In this document: positions 1 to 12,089 of the stretch, piece after piece | Numbering within the stretch: the stretch's first letter is position 1 | Layout: every line of letters begins with the position of its first letter | Assembly (NCBI GenBank): GCA_000320545.1 | Contig: ADNK01000422.1 | Coordinates: 1 to 64,000 of the forward strand | Source: Bigelowiella natans CCMP2755 | Taxonomy: Eukaryota; Protista; Cercozoa | Length of the DNA stretch: 64,000 nt | Direction of reading: 5' to 3' | Translations under genes and position numbers: made by a program | The notes under the pieces: model-generated | The model's input: only the letters and a program-made list of their open reading frames with translations | Database searches by the model: none | Told to the model about the DNA's origin: nothing

Positions 1-386
1 AGCAGTTTAGAAGAGTATGCAGATATCAAGTAGTATCAGTTTGTGACGTATTTGCATTGACGATAAGCTTGAATTGTTCTTCCACTTTGACCAAAATCAA
101 CATTTCTGCAGCTAAGCCAAATGGCACGGGGAGCATACTCAATATAAAGTTTTTGGAAATTCATATAGATGCCAAACGCAAGAAGGCATTTTGTCAAGGC
201 ATCTCTCTACGATATATATATCTATATATATGTATTATAATCGTGTGTGTGCGTATGTGTAAGATTTGCACATGGCCGTTTATATTTTAGTGAAACTGGA
301 AAGAAGATTTCGACTCGTGCAAAAAGATCCAAAAAAACTTCCACGGTAATAGATTGAAAAGTACACATGCACATTTATGCACTCGT

Positions 387-425
<39 letters not shown>

Positions 426-830
426 ATATCTATCTAAATGCAAAGTTCTTTGTTTTTCAAATTTAGTTTGCTATTTGTGTTTGACTGTTTGTGTATAATT
501 TCACAGAAAACCAAAAAAGAAAAGAAATCCACGGTATTCCATTTATCATGTACCTCTCTCTTTCTATCTTATGTATATCATGATACGAAGATTCGGCGAA
601 AATTGTCACAAGATATGCTGTTTGGTCTTGTTCTCTCTTGTGCTAATTAACGATGTTGTGTGCTACTCAGGGAACAACATATGATACAACCCTCCTAGAG
701 ACTGGTGTACCTCCATTACCATCTCAAGATACTGGTACTGGCTGTCCAGTAGCCCGCACAAAATCTAACTTTAAAATACTTTACAAACACACACGCCAAC
801 AAAAGGCACCGATGTTTCTTTAATAATAAA

Positions 831-873
<43 letters not shown>

Positions 874-929
874 TAATTTACGTATGTTCCTTAGTATACC
901 CCCTTCTCTTTTCCCTCCCTGTGCGTGTT

Positions 930-972
<43 letters not shown>

Positions 973-2906
973 GTGTGTATTTGTGCTTGTGACGTCCTTC
1001 CGTATTTTCGTTGACCCTAGGAGATGAGACGAGCAAGATACAGCCCAAAGAACGAGAAGAGCTTTGGAAAGTCGGAGAACCACGATGATATCATATTTAT
1101 GACATAATGTATATTGTGTAGATATGTGTATGTGTGGATTGTGCATTATTATTCATATTTTCCATAGCTATTATTCCTTCATATTCCTTCAAATAAATGA
1201 TAGGCATACCGAAAGCTGCAGATCACGCCAATCCTACAAAATGATAACAAAGAGGCTCCTAAAGATGAGAAGAGTGATGAAAATGTGGAAAGGAAGCGTG
1301 TGAATAGCGAAGAAATACCCAGCATACTTTTGGAATCGGTCTACCAACCAAAAATTGCAATATTGTTGAAATCTATATCCCATCGTAAAGCCTTCGCACG
1401 ATACATTTTCAAAGATTTGATTGTGCATCTTCCTTAATCTATTTCCCTCAGATTGACTTTTCTGGACAGCCGTCTGGAAATGAGATGGAAGTAGCAGAAA
1501 TTTCCTCACAATCTTCTGCATTTTTCCGTTGATTCGTACACACTGCCTGCAAATACGCTTGAATGTGATGCGTGTGCCTTGTCTGTCTATACGTGTTTGT
1601 CTAGGAATATGAAAGATACTACAATGATAACGTTCTTCAACCGAATTCTGCTCGCACACTCTCTGCACGGTAGTGTATCGTATATGCAGTATTATATTAC
1701 ACGCATCGACTTTATTGTTATGTGCTCATGCAATGAACACGCCAAAAGAAGTATCTTGTTTTACCCATTCCCTTCTATGTTTGTTGTCCAAGCACAAGGA
1801 CGAGGCAGGGTCGTAGCCCGAGTCGCTCTCCAAGCAGACGTCGAGAAGGCAATAATGGCGACTCCTGTAGTAGCAGTAGCGGTGGCAAATCAATAGCCTT
1901 GCCTCCAAATAAAGGCCAAAGCTTTGAAGAACAAACGCAGGCTCCAAATCCGATTTTCATCACCACTGCCCCCACCGATGAAGATGCGATCGAGGGATTT
2001 AATAAACCAGAGGAAGAGGAGAAGGGGGGAGAGGAGGAGCAGGGGGCTATGAATGGCATAACGTTCTCACGACAGGTGTGTTATTAGTAGTTATGTCGAG
2101 TAGAGTGCAATATTTACTCCTTGCGTTTTGTTTCTTAAATGTGCTTCATTTAACAGTCCACAGCAAGCCAAGGAACCTTTACTATTCCAATCAACCATCG
2201 TGTGACAACGAAGAACTTTCTAGAGACGGAGGAACTTGATACAAGAAGAAGCGACACTAGTCAAAACTGCACGTCTCAGCGCAGTGACATGGTGTATATG
2301 TTACGCCTAAGCCATACAATTATCGTAAGTGTGATCATCTTTAATATTGCACAGGTTAAGATTGATTCAAGATGTTCCAGTGCTAGATCGAGAGACATGC
2401 GACCCGCTAAAAGCAAGCGCGGCATCCAAAATGTATCTCATTTTCCTTCTCTCTCTCTCTCTCTCTCTCTCCCTCTCCCTCTCCCTCTCTACATTCCAAT
2501 ATAAATGTGTTATTTATCTTTTGTGTTGTTCTCATATTATCAGCTTCAAAGTCACTACCAATACAAATATTTTGAAATCATAGTGTACACATGTCAAATA
2601 CTTCTGCATTGCATTGGAAATTTAGTAAGGGTAATTGCTTTGTTAAATATACACCAGGATGACAATGTAGACGTCAGTATGAAATCTAATCCTACAAGAA
2701 GATCTGTGGTTATTCGTTATGATAAGGTACTAGATCATCACATTAGCAGATGTATTTCGTAAATCCTACTCATTATTATTATAATTGTGTGTGTGTGTGT
2801 GTGTGTGTATTTTGTTTCCTCATCATACAGGGAAAAATCGTCATTTCAGAGAGCAATGATGATCACGAAGAAGATGGAAAGCAGCATCTCGTACGAACAA
2901 CACACG

Positions 2907-2946
<40 letters not shown>

Positions 2947-2947
2947 T

Positions 2948-2984
<37 letters not shown>

Positions 2985-3981
2985 CATATGAATGAAGTGT
3001 TCTAACAATTTTAATTTCGAGCATTATATTTATGAAACAAGGTAGAATTGATAATGCTGCACATGTTAAACTTTTCATGAGGTACTAAGAGACTTGGTCC
3101 ACACACAGAACGCATCATTGGTGGTGGCACGGAGCTTATCCACAGCAAAGAAGGATACTGCTAATGGTGATGATGAAGAAGTAGAAGAAGAAGGAAATGC
3201 TCACAAAAGTAATAATGAGGGCAAAAATCAAGAGGAAGATCAGACTGACGAAGATGATGACGAAATGGGAAGCTGCATAATCCTTCAATCGGGCTCCTAT
3301 GATGTCGCAAGTAGTTGCATCGTGAGGAAGGACAAGCACAAGAAGACAGGCAACCTTTTTCATGGGAGGATGCAAAAGAAGAAGAAGAAGAAGAAGATGA
3401 TGATGATGATGATAGAGAGAGCATCTCTATCTGTCTACATCTACTGTGAATAGAGATACCACATAACTGTACGTAAAACTAGTAGTTGTAATGATGGTGA
3501 TGACAATCATGGTGATCCATTGCCAACTAATTTAATAATTTTACAGTCGAAAGTGGCATAGATTGGTTAAAGGTCAGAGTAGCTAACTTCTTGTATTATG
3601 GCGTTTCTTCCAGCATCATATCTTGCTAGTATGCGTTCGTAATCTATTATTGATATTGTTATATGTGAGCACGCATGTGGAAGAGTGTGTCATAAATATG
3701 CCTAGATTTATTATGTGTCTCTGTTGGTAGGTGGCAAAGGCGGGAGAGAAACTCCCAGTTGCGAAACGGTACATGTTGTTCTCAGGGATCCCCGTTTATA
3801 TTCAATGACATCAGTTTCCGTATAGGTATAAATCTGTCAAGCGTTTGGGTTCTGGAGCATTCGGAAACGCATATTTAGGTAGAATTTCGAGGGTAAAACC
3901 CCGTATTAGAGGCATTTGCTGCGATTGGTATTCGACATGTTCTGGGTTCTATATTTATGGTGTACCCCCCTTTTCCTCCCC

Positions 3982-4030
<49 letters not shown>

Positions 4031-6547
4031 CACACACACACACATGCGGTGCACAGTATCTATTCATACCTAATTTACTATCTTAGTGCGAAATGTGGAA
4101 AGCGATAGCAAAACCGATTTGTACGTGATCAAACGCATTAGAGTCCGAAATCTGAGGTAATTTGTGATTAGTTGTTATGATGAATAAAGAAAAGTCATAA
4201 TGATAGAATATTGAACATACACGCGTGCACATACGCACAAATCATGATATCAGCTAAAATATTTTGGTGTTACATTAGTGAAATTAACGAAGCTCTGATC
4301 GAAGCCAACAACCTCAGCCGGTTAAAGCAAGAGAAAACACATCACACACAACACAAACGTATGGGTGTCATAGGATAGTAATGGCCTACTACACGACATA
4401 TACTCAGGTTGAGAGGTTGTAAGCACATCTGCGCCTTTAAGGAGGCCTTTTTTGACTCAAAAGTCAATGAGGTTCGTAGTAAAACACATAGCAAGAATCG
4501 TTATAATACATGCACATATCCGTCGTGTTAGATTTTTTTTAATCAATTTGCTACAAGAGTGTAATTATATATATTGATTAATTTATACGCATGTATATCA
4601 TCTCTGGAAGATTTGATCCTGTTCTCACTGATTGGTTTGCTATGTTTTAGACTACTGATAGTTTTTCTACGGATAATTTGGATTTCTGCATCGTCATGGA
4701 GTATTGCTCCGAGGGTAAGTGAGAGAAAGGTTCAATTCGTTAGCTACATATTTGAGCATTATGTGCATCATAGGCACCCTTGAGGATGTAATAAAGTCAA
4801 AAAACCTTGTCATGCGTGAATCAAGGACTGTGGAGGCATGGGTTGGTACAAGTTTAAATCGATAGAATTTCTAGCAAATTATGGTCGCATTTTACTTAAC
4901 GTGTACACAACACACGTTGCATAAAGGGAGAATGTTAAAATGCGCACCAAGAACTTATTAACTTATAAACTGTACGCCGTAAACTAAAATGCTATATTTT
5001 CCATCAAAAATGGGTATTATCTACAAAGATGTACATTGTGTGGATGCACACACAACTCGAAACCGAGATATGTTTCTATATTTCACGGCGTCACATTAGG
5101 CGTTTGAACCCACGAAAATAGACTGGTCTTTTGATCGAGGAGGGGGGGTGGATACAACCTCAAAAACCATTGTAATAGCGTTGCTACTGGTGGTAGTGGT
5201 GGTGGTGATGATGATCTTTATCCTCCTTTTGCAACCACAATTTCCGTTTCGAATGTTATGTTCAGTACAAACACAGCGTGAATACAGTGTACACTTCATA
5301 TGTACATCGTCTTCTTACTGTATCTTTGTCTCCAGACGATTTCGATGAGGCAAATTTTAACCTATGTCAAGGAAATCGCAATGGGCTTGAAGGTACCGAC
5401 CTTTAACAATTTCACGATCTGCACCTTGAGAACAGCCCTCCGCAACATACATACACAAAAAGAAAACTCTGACATGATGATATAAACAGGTTATGCATTC
5501 GCACGGAGTGCTCCACAGAGACTTGAAGCCTGCAAATATATTTCTTGACAAAAGTAACTGGCCACTTGTGCTCTGGCTTTCTGTTATATTAACCACACAA
5601 ATTAAAGGAGCAAATCAAGGGGGAAATAGGGACTGGGATAGGGCGTATATGCAACTCCATCTGAGTCATCCTTATGATGTGTTTCTCAATAGATGGAAAT
5701 ACCAAAATTGGTGATTTCGGCATTTCCAAGGCTTTAGAACGGGAGAACGAAACGTAGAATATACACCATCTTGTTGCATCCATAAATATAATCCATGCAT
5801 CTCATATTGCGGAGAGGCTTTCGCGCACTTCGTATAATTTGTACTGAATGTAGACTTATAAAGTCAATAGTAAGTTAGTGGCTATTTTGGATTTAGAACC
5901 CGGACTTACATCGGGACGAAACTGTACATGGCTCCGGAAGTAGTAATGGTACGATGCAAGACGTATGGACGTAGGAGAGCTGCAATTACTGTTACCTTAT
6001 TTGTGCAAAATGTTGGCATATTTATCACCATTTGTCTTGGGTTTGTATTTTCATTGTTCTACAAGCATAAACCGTACGGCACGAAGTGCGACATATGGGG
6101 GCTAGGTTGTGTAATGTTGGAACTGGTTACAATGCAAGTCTTGTATCACCGGTGAATTCAATCATTTTAGATTAATTGTAAATGTTTTTCAGTGATATGA
6201 AATTTTTGTAATAAAGGGTGGTCCCCGAGATTCTTGAGGAATTAGATCTGAAGAAATACCCAAGGGTTCTACAATAACTTATTAGCTTTATGGTGAGGTG
6301 AACTAACACGTATCAAAATTTAAACAGGCTCGTGACCTACTTGGAATGATCTTACAGGAAGAGGAAGAGAAAAGGCCGACCGCAGCAGAAGTTCTGTCGT
6401 TTTTGTTGTTTAGTAGTTGTTCGTGATGAGATAAACACCTACATTGCGTTGAGACTACTTGCAATTAAGCATCTTTCTTTGCTCTAATTTCGCCAGGTAA
6501 TAGAGAAATGCAACTCTATTCTTCAAGAGGACTATGGGACAAATTAA
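1..6547 (+). CDS. Multi-exon Ser/Thr protein kinase, NEK/NIMA-like catalytic domain (about 3826-6547) after a long low-complexity N-terminal region; 5' end probably outside the window
   Basis: Spliced GT-AG exons give YKSVKRLGSGAFGNAYL, YVIKRI, EANNLSRL, CIVMEYC, HRDLKPANIFL, KIGDFGISKAL, TYIGTKLYMAPE, PYGTKCDIWGLGC, KRPTAAE, with stop TAA at 6545-6547. Joining the upstream acidic/Ser-rich exons (290-3770) to the same gene is inferred. Confidence 0.8.
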
Positions 6548-7306
6548 TTGTTGTAGTTTAGTCGCCATTAATGTCATGTGTGCCCAGCATTACGTAGCCA
6601 CTAAGTGTCATCTCAAATTTTCTGACATCGCAAAATTGGATCAAAATTGCTTCGTTCAGACCGCATCAATTGATGGACCTGTGTCTGTTGAAGTGTACGC
6701 GTAACACACAGTAGTTCACATAGAGTGATCTTTGCATGTGCACACGTGTTATTTGTACGTCACAAACCACATAAATGAAGCATTTTCTGTCTTCTCATAC
6801 TTGACCTGATGCCTCACCTAGCTAGCTAGCTATTCACATAGCTAGATGAACATGCATGCTAGCATGGCTAGCAGATGGCAGACTGCACAGCTAGCACAAT
6901 GGTTGGGTTCACGTTCTCAATGAGTCAGTTTGCAGTGTTCAAAAAGCTTTGATTGCGCACGCAAAAGTCCAAGTGCGTTTTGTTGCATCAACAAGCATGC
7001 ATCGATCACGTGTAATCATTGCAAACTCAAATACACACGTATGCATTTTGAGCACTGTGGACACAGCATTGCTCAGCCACATAAGGTTGACGTGCGTGCC
7101 ATTGGAAAAGCTCAATTTGTTCATGGATTACATCCGTCTCATGCACCCAACACTGTGAAAACCTTGCACATGCATTGTTCACTTGTGGCAACTCACGCGA
7201 TTCTGCTCTCAAGTTCTCAACGACTGCACCATGTTGCGCAGGCATCAACCGTCAAGATTTGTCGCATGATTCGTTTGTGCACACAATCCTCCATTTGTGC
7301 AACGAC

Positions 7307-8908
7307 TCAGAGTCTTCGCCTGGCGCGAAGAAATTTCCGCCTTCTCCTAGACCTGGTCTTTGGCTTAGTCCCAACATTGAACATCGAAAACTCATCGTCT
7401 CCTTCTCCCCCTTTCTTGTCGATTTCAAATAGACCTTGGTTTCCACCAGAAGCGGTTGGATTCACGAATGGATTGTTTCCTGGATTACCGAATGGATTGT
7501 CTCCTCCTCCTCCTCCTCTGCCGTCACCACCACCTTTGTTGTCGCTGCCTCCGAATCCAACTTCGCAATTACCACTGCCGTCATCGACTCTTTTCAGTAA
7601 AACCTTTCGCAAAATCTCTAGTCGTTCTTTCCATTCTGTACATGCAGCCAATACTTCACTAGGATCTTCGTCTTGAAGATGTTCAATTTTGTGTCTCAAC
7701 TTCTCTATTGTTGATTCTAAAGTAGCTTCTTTACCGCCAAAGTACCAAGCTGCCCACACATTAGTGGCAATAAAACCGACCCCCCCAATAATACTCCCTA
7801 CTATTGGAAAGAGAGATATAGGAGACAAGAATGCAATTGAGCATCCTGTTACCCACTTTTCCCGAATTTTGCATTGCTTAAGAGATTTTTCTGCAGCGCA
7901 TAATCGCGCACTCAGACCTTTTTTAAGAGCTTTCGTCGCCTCCTGTTTCATCAAAGTATCATCCTTTTTTTCCAGCAACTCCTCGTATTTCTTCAAGGTT
8001 TTGGAGTAGGTGATCATTTCACTCTTCGTCGGAATAACAGGGTCCTTCAGAATGTCGAGGAAACGCTTAGACAAATCTCCCCTTTCATGTGACAGATATG
8101 GTCCCTGTACGTTATGCAGGTCCATGTCTTGCATGCATTTGTCCACCGAAGCTATCAACGTTTTTATGTTTTCAGCCTTCTTGTCATCGGTCCTACCAAG
8201 AAACTCAGAGTTGTTGTATAGAAGATATATAGGGCATTTTGCGAATGTGAATTCTCGCATGAGAGCACGTAAAGTTTTTGGATCATACTCAGTCCTACTC
8301 TCCCTAAGTACCCAAATGATTCCATGTATCTTTTCGTTGCAAGCTTCTATAACTTGGTCATATCGTTCAATTACAGTGTCCATCTTCGGGTGAGGATCCG
8401 GAAAGCCCATGGTGTCGATGAGCGTCACATGCAATTTAGAAGAACTATCTTTTTTGTCAGGACATATTTCCAGCTCATATGTGGTGACTTCCTCGGTGCA
8501 ACCCTCCTGTAACTTTGTCGAGGTTTTCGCAATGTCCTCCTCCTCATTGCCAAGCACACAACCGATTTCATTGATTAATGTCGATTTACCGCTTCCCGAC
8601 TTCCCTATGATGACATATGCAGCTTTTTTTTTAACCCTTTCTTTCAGAAAGCCCTCTATCCTACTCTTTAGAGCTCGGTTTGTCACCAATCTTTGGGGAT
8701 CCACAAGTTTACGTGTTAAAGGATCAGTGCGACTTCGCTTATACCAGTTTTCTATGGATTTACGCTCGTAACTGTTCCCCGTTTCGTTGAATGTTGGTTC
8801 CTTCATTATCTCATGCGAAATCGGGCATATGAACTCTGGTGGCACCCCCATGGAATGCATTTTCGATGACTTCGACTTCGATACTTCGAGCTTCCTATGC
8901 ACATACAC
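7307..8908 (-). CDS. Intronless U-box + P-loop GTPase (AIG1/GIMAP/septin-like) + coiled coil + TM hairpin protein
   Basis: U-box PPEFICPISHEIMKEP...YERKSIENW...DPLT...NRALKSRIE; G1 GKSGSGKS, G2 Thr (GCT), G3 LIDTMG, G4-like LYNNSE; about 40-aa hydrophobic stretch WVTGCSIAF...WAAWYFG; Gly-rich and basic tail. True start may be a downstream Met. Confidence 0.85.
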   Translation of the reverse strand: MYVHRKLEVSKSKSSKMHSMGVPPEFICPISHEIMKEPTFNETGNSYERKSIENWYKRSRTDPLTRKLVDPQRLVTNRALKSRIEGFLKERVKKKAAYVIIGKSGSGKSTLINEIGCVLGNEEEDIAKTSTKLQEGCTEEVTTYELEICPDKKDSSSKLHVTLIDTMGFPDPHPKMDTVIERYDQVIEACNEKIHGIIWVLRESRTEYDPKTLRALMREFTFAKCPIYLLYNNSEFLGRTDDKKAENIKTLIASVDKCMQDMDLHNVQGPYLSHERGDLSKRFLDILKDPVIPTKSEMITYSKTLKKYEELLEKKDDTLMKQEATKALKKGLSARLCAAEKSLKQCKIREKWVTGCSIAFLSPISLFPIVGSIIGGVGFIATNVWAAWYFGGKEATLESTIEKLRHKIEHLQDEDPSEVLAACTEWKERLEILRKVLLKRVDDGSGNCEVGFGGSDNKGGGDGRGGGGGDNPFGNPGNNPFVNPTASGGNQGLFEIDKKGGEGDDEFSMFNVGTKPKTRSRRRRKFLRARRRL

Positions 8909-10390
8909 ATGTGAACATGTCTTTAGATATTTGGGCTACCAGATAGATGTACATAGAAATTTTTTAAACGCCACCCCTCGCACAGCAATACAAACACAAT
9001 CGAAAGAACATGTTTAAGGCCAGTCTTGTGCGCGCACGCGGCCTGCTAGCGTGTGGGTGACGGATGACTTTCACAACTTCGAATCGGCAATGACGACTCT
9101 TGCCTTGGTCAATTAGGATGGTGAGGGGAGAGCTTGGATTAGAAGAGCCTAGATTGGAAGCCAATTGTGCTGCAGAGTGGCGCGGTGCTTCAGTGCAACA
9201 ATGGGGTGATCGCGAGAGAATATGAATACTGATCCATTGAAGTTGAAATGGATGCAAGCGACAGACATTCTTTCTGTGGCATTCTTCGGTGCCGAAGAAT
9301 CTTCAGAAGGAATGGTCTAAGAGCAGTCTCAGAAGGGTATCAGAGTCGTCTTCGGGATGAAAACACCTAATAAACCCGAAACACTATTCAGGTTTCCGGT
9401 TTTCCCGAAACTCCATTGAGGTTTCTGGCAAAAATACATGGGAAGTTTCTGGTGTGAAGTCACCAAGATATTGGTGACTTCCCAAAAGGTGTATTGATAT
9501 CTAGAGTGGTCGATTGAGTACAGATGTATTCGGTATACATAATTGCCTGCTCAGCAAAAGGGGGAACCGAACTCTTGAGCTTAACCCGTGACATGACATT
9601 CACTTCGCACCACGTGCACCTGCATGCACACATTGTGCACTTTGGTGCACGCATTCACCATCACATGCACACAGGAAACTGCAACACAAAGACGCACGGC
9701 GTGCAGGTTCACACATCACGAGATGCGTGACGTGTGCGTTCACGTTCTCACGAGGTGGAAGTGCCAACTCACGTCGCATGCGTGTCATTGCTCACTAGGT
9801 CAGGTCACCAAGGAAGACGTGCCAGCGTGGAGGCACCAAAAAAAGGTTCATTTGTTCCACACCCGCCGGAACAATGAACAATGAACACCCACCGGAGATG
9901 AGCACTCAACAGATGACCTTCAGAGACCAATGAACGAGTGAATGAAACGTGAATGATGAATGTGGGCCGCCAGTCCATGTGCAACTCGAGGGAGTCACTC
10001 GGGTTTGATCCCGCTCGACGAGCCGACGTTGCGACAATCCATTTCGTCTGCGACAACGAAACTTGTGTGACGCAATACCAACCTCAAAGGATGTTTTAGT
10101 TATTTGCTGGATAGTATTCTCGAATTGCCGAGAAGGATTGATTGCCGCTGCTCACAAACGACGGTCCACCCGCTGACGTCTGCTCCCGTCAGCACATTAC
10201 GCGACAACGTCTTCCCTCCCAAGTGTGCTCATCTGCCTGCACGAGCGTAGCCAGCACTGCAACACGGCAACTAGATATTTTCTTTCGAACTGCTTGGGAA
10301 GAATAAGGAAAAACGCTGACAAAGACGTGACATTCAGAAACTGAGTTTAACTCTGAGGGCGTCTGAACGAATACTGCACAGACAGACGTA

Positions 10391-11539
10391 ATGAAGATGA
10401 GGATGACACTTATTCGTACGCTGGTGATAACACTTGCAGTCTTGGTTGAATGTGGTAAGGATTTCTACAAGATCTTGGGCGTCCGTCGAAAAGCTAACGA
10501 CAAAGAGATTAAATCGGCCTACAGGAAGCTGAGTATTAAGTACCACCCTGATAAAAATCCAGGGAACAAAGAAGCAGAAAATAAATTTCAAGAAGTTGCA
10601 AATGCGTATGAAGTCTTAAGTAATAAGGAAAAGAGGCAGGTCTATGATCGGCATGGAGAGGAAGGTTTAAAGGAGCATCTGAAGCGCAGCGCAGGAGGTG
10701 GGGGTGGTGGTAACCCTTTCGACATGTTTTTTGGAGGGGGTATGTTCGGAGGCCAACAGCATGAAGAACAAAAACGTGGTCCAGACCTAAACCTTGATGT
10801 CCATGTCACTTTGAAGGATCTTTACTTGGGAAAGGTGGTCAGTGTTGCTCACAAGAAACAAACTCTCTGTCTGAACTATGAAGACTGTCGAACCGATGAC
10901 CAATCTTGCATCGGGCCTGGAATGAAGATGGTTACGCGACGCCTTGGACCTGGTTTTGTGCAACAAATGCAGAGTCAAGATCCTGCGTGTGGTGGCAAAG
11001 GCTATCGTCTAAAACGGAGATGCCGTGCGTGCCCTAAAGGACTGACAGAAAGTGCAGAGAAAATTCTCACCTTCGAGGTAGAACCTGGAATGGCAGACGG
11101 ACATGTCATCAGTCTTGAAAATGAAGGCGATGAATTTATTGGGCAGCTCCCGGGACATGTAAATTTCAGAGTCAGCACTCTCCCACATCCAACGTTCACC
11201 CGCAAGGGAGATGATCTATTCATGGATCTACATATTTCTTTGCCCGAATCTTTGGTTGAGTTCAGGAAAAGCTTCGTGCATGTAGACGGGCACAAGGTGA
11301 AGATATCTCGAAAGGAGGTGACAAAGCCATTTCAAGTCATACGAATAATTGGTGAGGGCATGCCCTTAGCTTCAAATCCAAGCAGAAAGGGTGATTTACA
11401 CGTGAAAGTTATTGTTGATTTCCCACGAAAACTGACGCAGGAACAAAAGGATACAGTGTTACAAATATTTGGCTCAGGCTCTTCCAAAAAGCGCTCCGGG
11501 AAAGGCAAGAAATCGAAAAAATCTCGTGATGATTTGTAG
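10391..11539 (+). CDS. ER-luminal DnaJ/Hsp40 co-chaperone (ERdj3/DNAJB11-like), intronless
   Basis: Signal peptide followed by [11 protein letters not shown]-domain HPD motif, G/F-rich linker, Cys-rich segment, DnaJ C-terminal domain, and C-terminal RDDL (KDEL-like retrieval signal). Confidence 0.92.
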   Translation: MKMRMTLIRTLVITLAVLVECGKDFYKILGVRRKANDKEIKSAYRKLSIKYHPDKNPGNKEAENKFQEVANAYEVLSNKEKRQVYDRHGEEGLKEHLKRSAGGGGGGNPFDMFFGGGMFGGQQHEEQKRGPDLNLDVHVTLKDLYLGKVVSVAHKKQTLCLNYEDCRTDDQSCIGPGMKMVTRRLGPGFVQQMQSQDPACGGKGYRLKRRCRACPKGLTESAEKILTFEVEPGMADGHVISLENEGDEFIGQLPGHVNFRVSTLPHPTFTRKGDDLFMDLHISLPESLVEFRKSFVHVDGHKVKISRKEVTKPFQVIRIIGEGMPLASNPSRKGDLHVKVIVDFPRKLTQEQKDTVLQIFGSGSSKKRSGKGKKSKKSRDDL

Positions 11540-11712
11540 CATCAATTATTATACAGATGGGGCCAAAATGGTTATTATACATTAATTAACATTGGTAGTT
11601 GCGAAGCAAACGTCCAACTGCATGCACTTATATATTGCAGCGCTGGCGTATCCATATATTTCGCTAAGCGCCCACATTCAACCGCTTCTTTCGAATGTTT
11701 GTGTGTTTAATA

Positions 11713-12038
11713 TGTTGCGCGTAAGGTGTTCACAGGCCGAGGCGCTACGTGCACAAGTAGGCAGGGGGGGGGAAAGGCACGTTTGCTTCCTTTTGAAGAG
11801 TTGTGTTTATTTTTATTAAAGATTATATTTTTATTAAATCGTGCACTGCGTAATCATTCGCGAAGCTTTCGCGAATGCCGCCGCACGTGGGGCAGCACAC
11901 TTCCGGTGTGCTGCCATGAGTCCCGCCGGAACCCACGTGCCTATGCTGTATTAATATCTACGTTATCTATATTCTATATCCGCGACAACCCCTTTGTTGT
12001 CGCACGTGACTTGTGCCCGCGTAGTGGTACGCGCTACA
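11713..12038 (-). repeat. 3' LTR (326 bp)
   Basis: tgttgcgcgtaagg...gtacgcgctaca; no difference from 17104-17429 seen by eye. Confidence 0.96.
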
Positions 12039-12046
12039 CCTCCCCC
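12039..12046 (-). other. Polypurine tract (GGGGGAGG) abutting the 3' LTR
   Basis: cctccccc on + directly after the LTR; further purine-rich AAGGAAGGAAGGAG just upstream on the minus strand. Confidence 0.85.
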
Positions 12047-12089
12047 AAGTCACGTTGCTCCTTCCTTCCTTCCTTATTCCCTTAGACCT

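Noticed and set aside
2750-3078. Many short ORFs with CVCVCV, THTHTH, YIYIYI or SLSLSL runs here and across the window
   Set aside because: Translations of intronic dinucleotide microsatellites.
6930-7676. 248-aa plus-strand ORF
   Set aside because: Antisense to the U-box GTPase tail and running through a low-complexity island; no motif.
10110-10335. Heat-shock or UPR elements upstream of DnaJ (TTCtcGAA, TGACGT)
   Set aside because: Only partial short matches expected by chance; cannot be supported from sequence alone.
11726-12085. 119-aa and 123-aa twin ORFs (also 17087-17458)
   Set aside because: Just translations of the two LTR copies; no ATG start or protein features.
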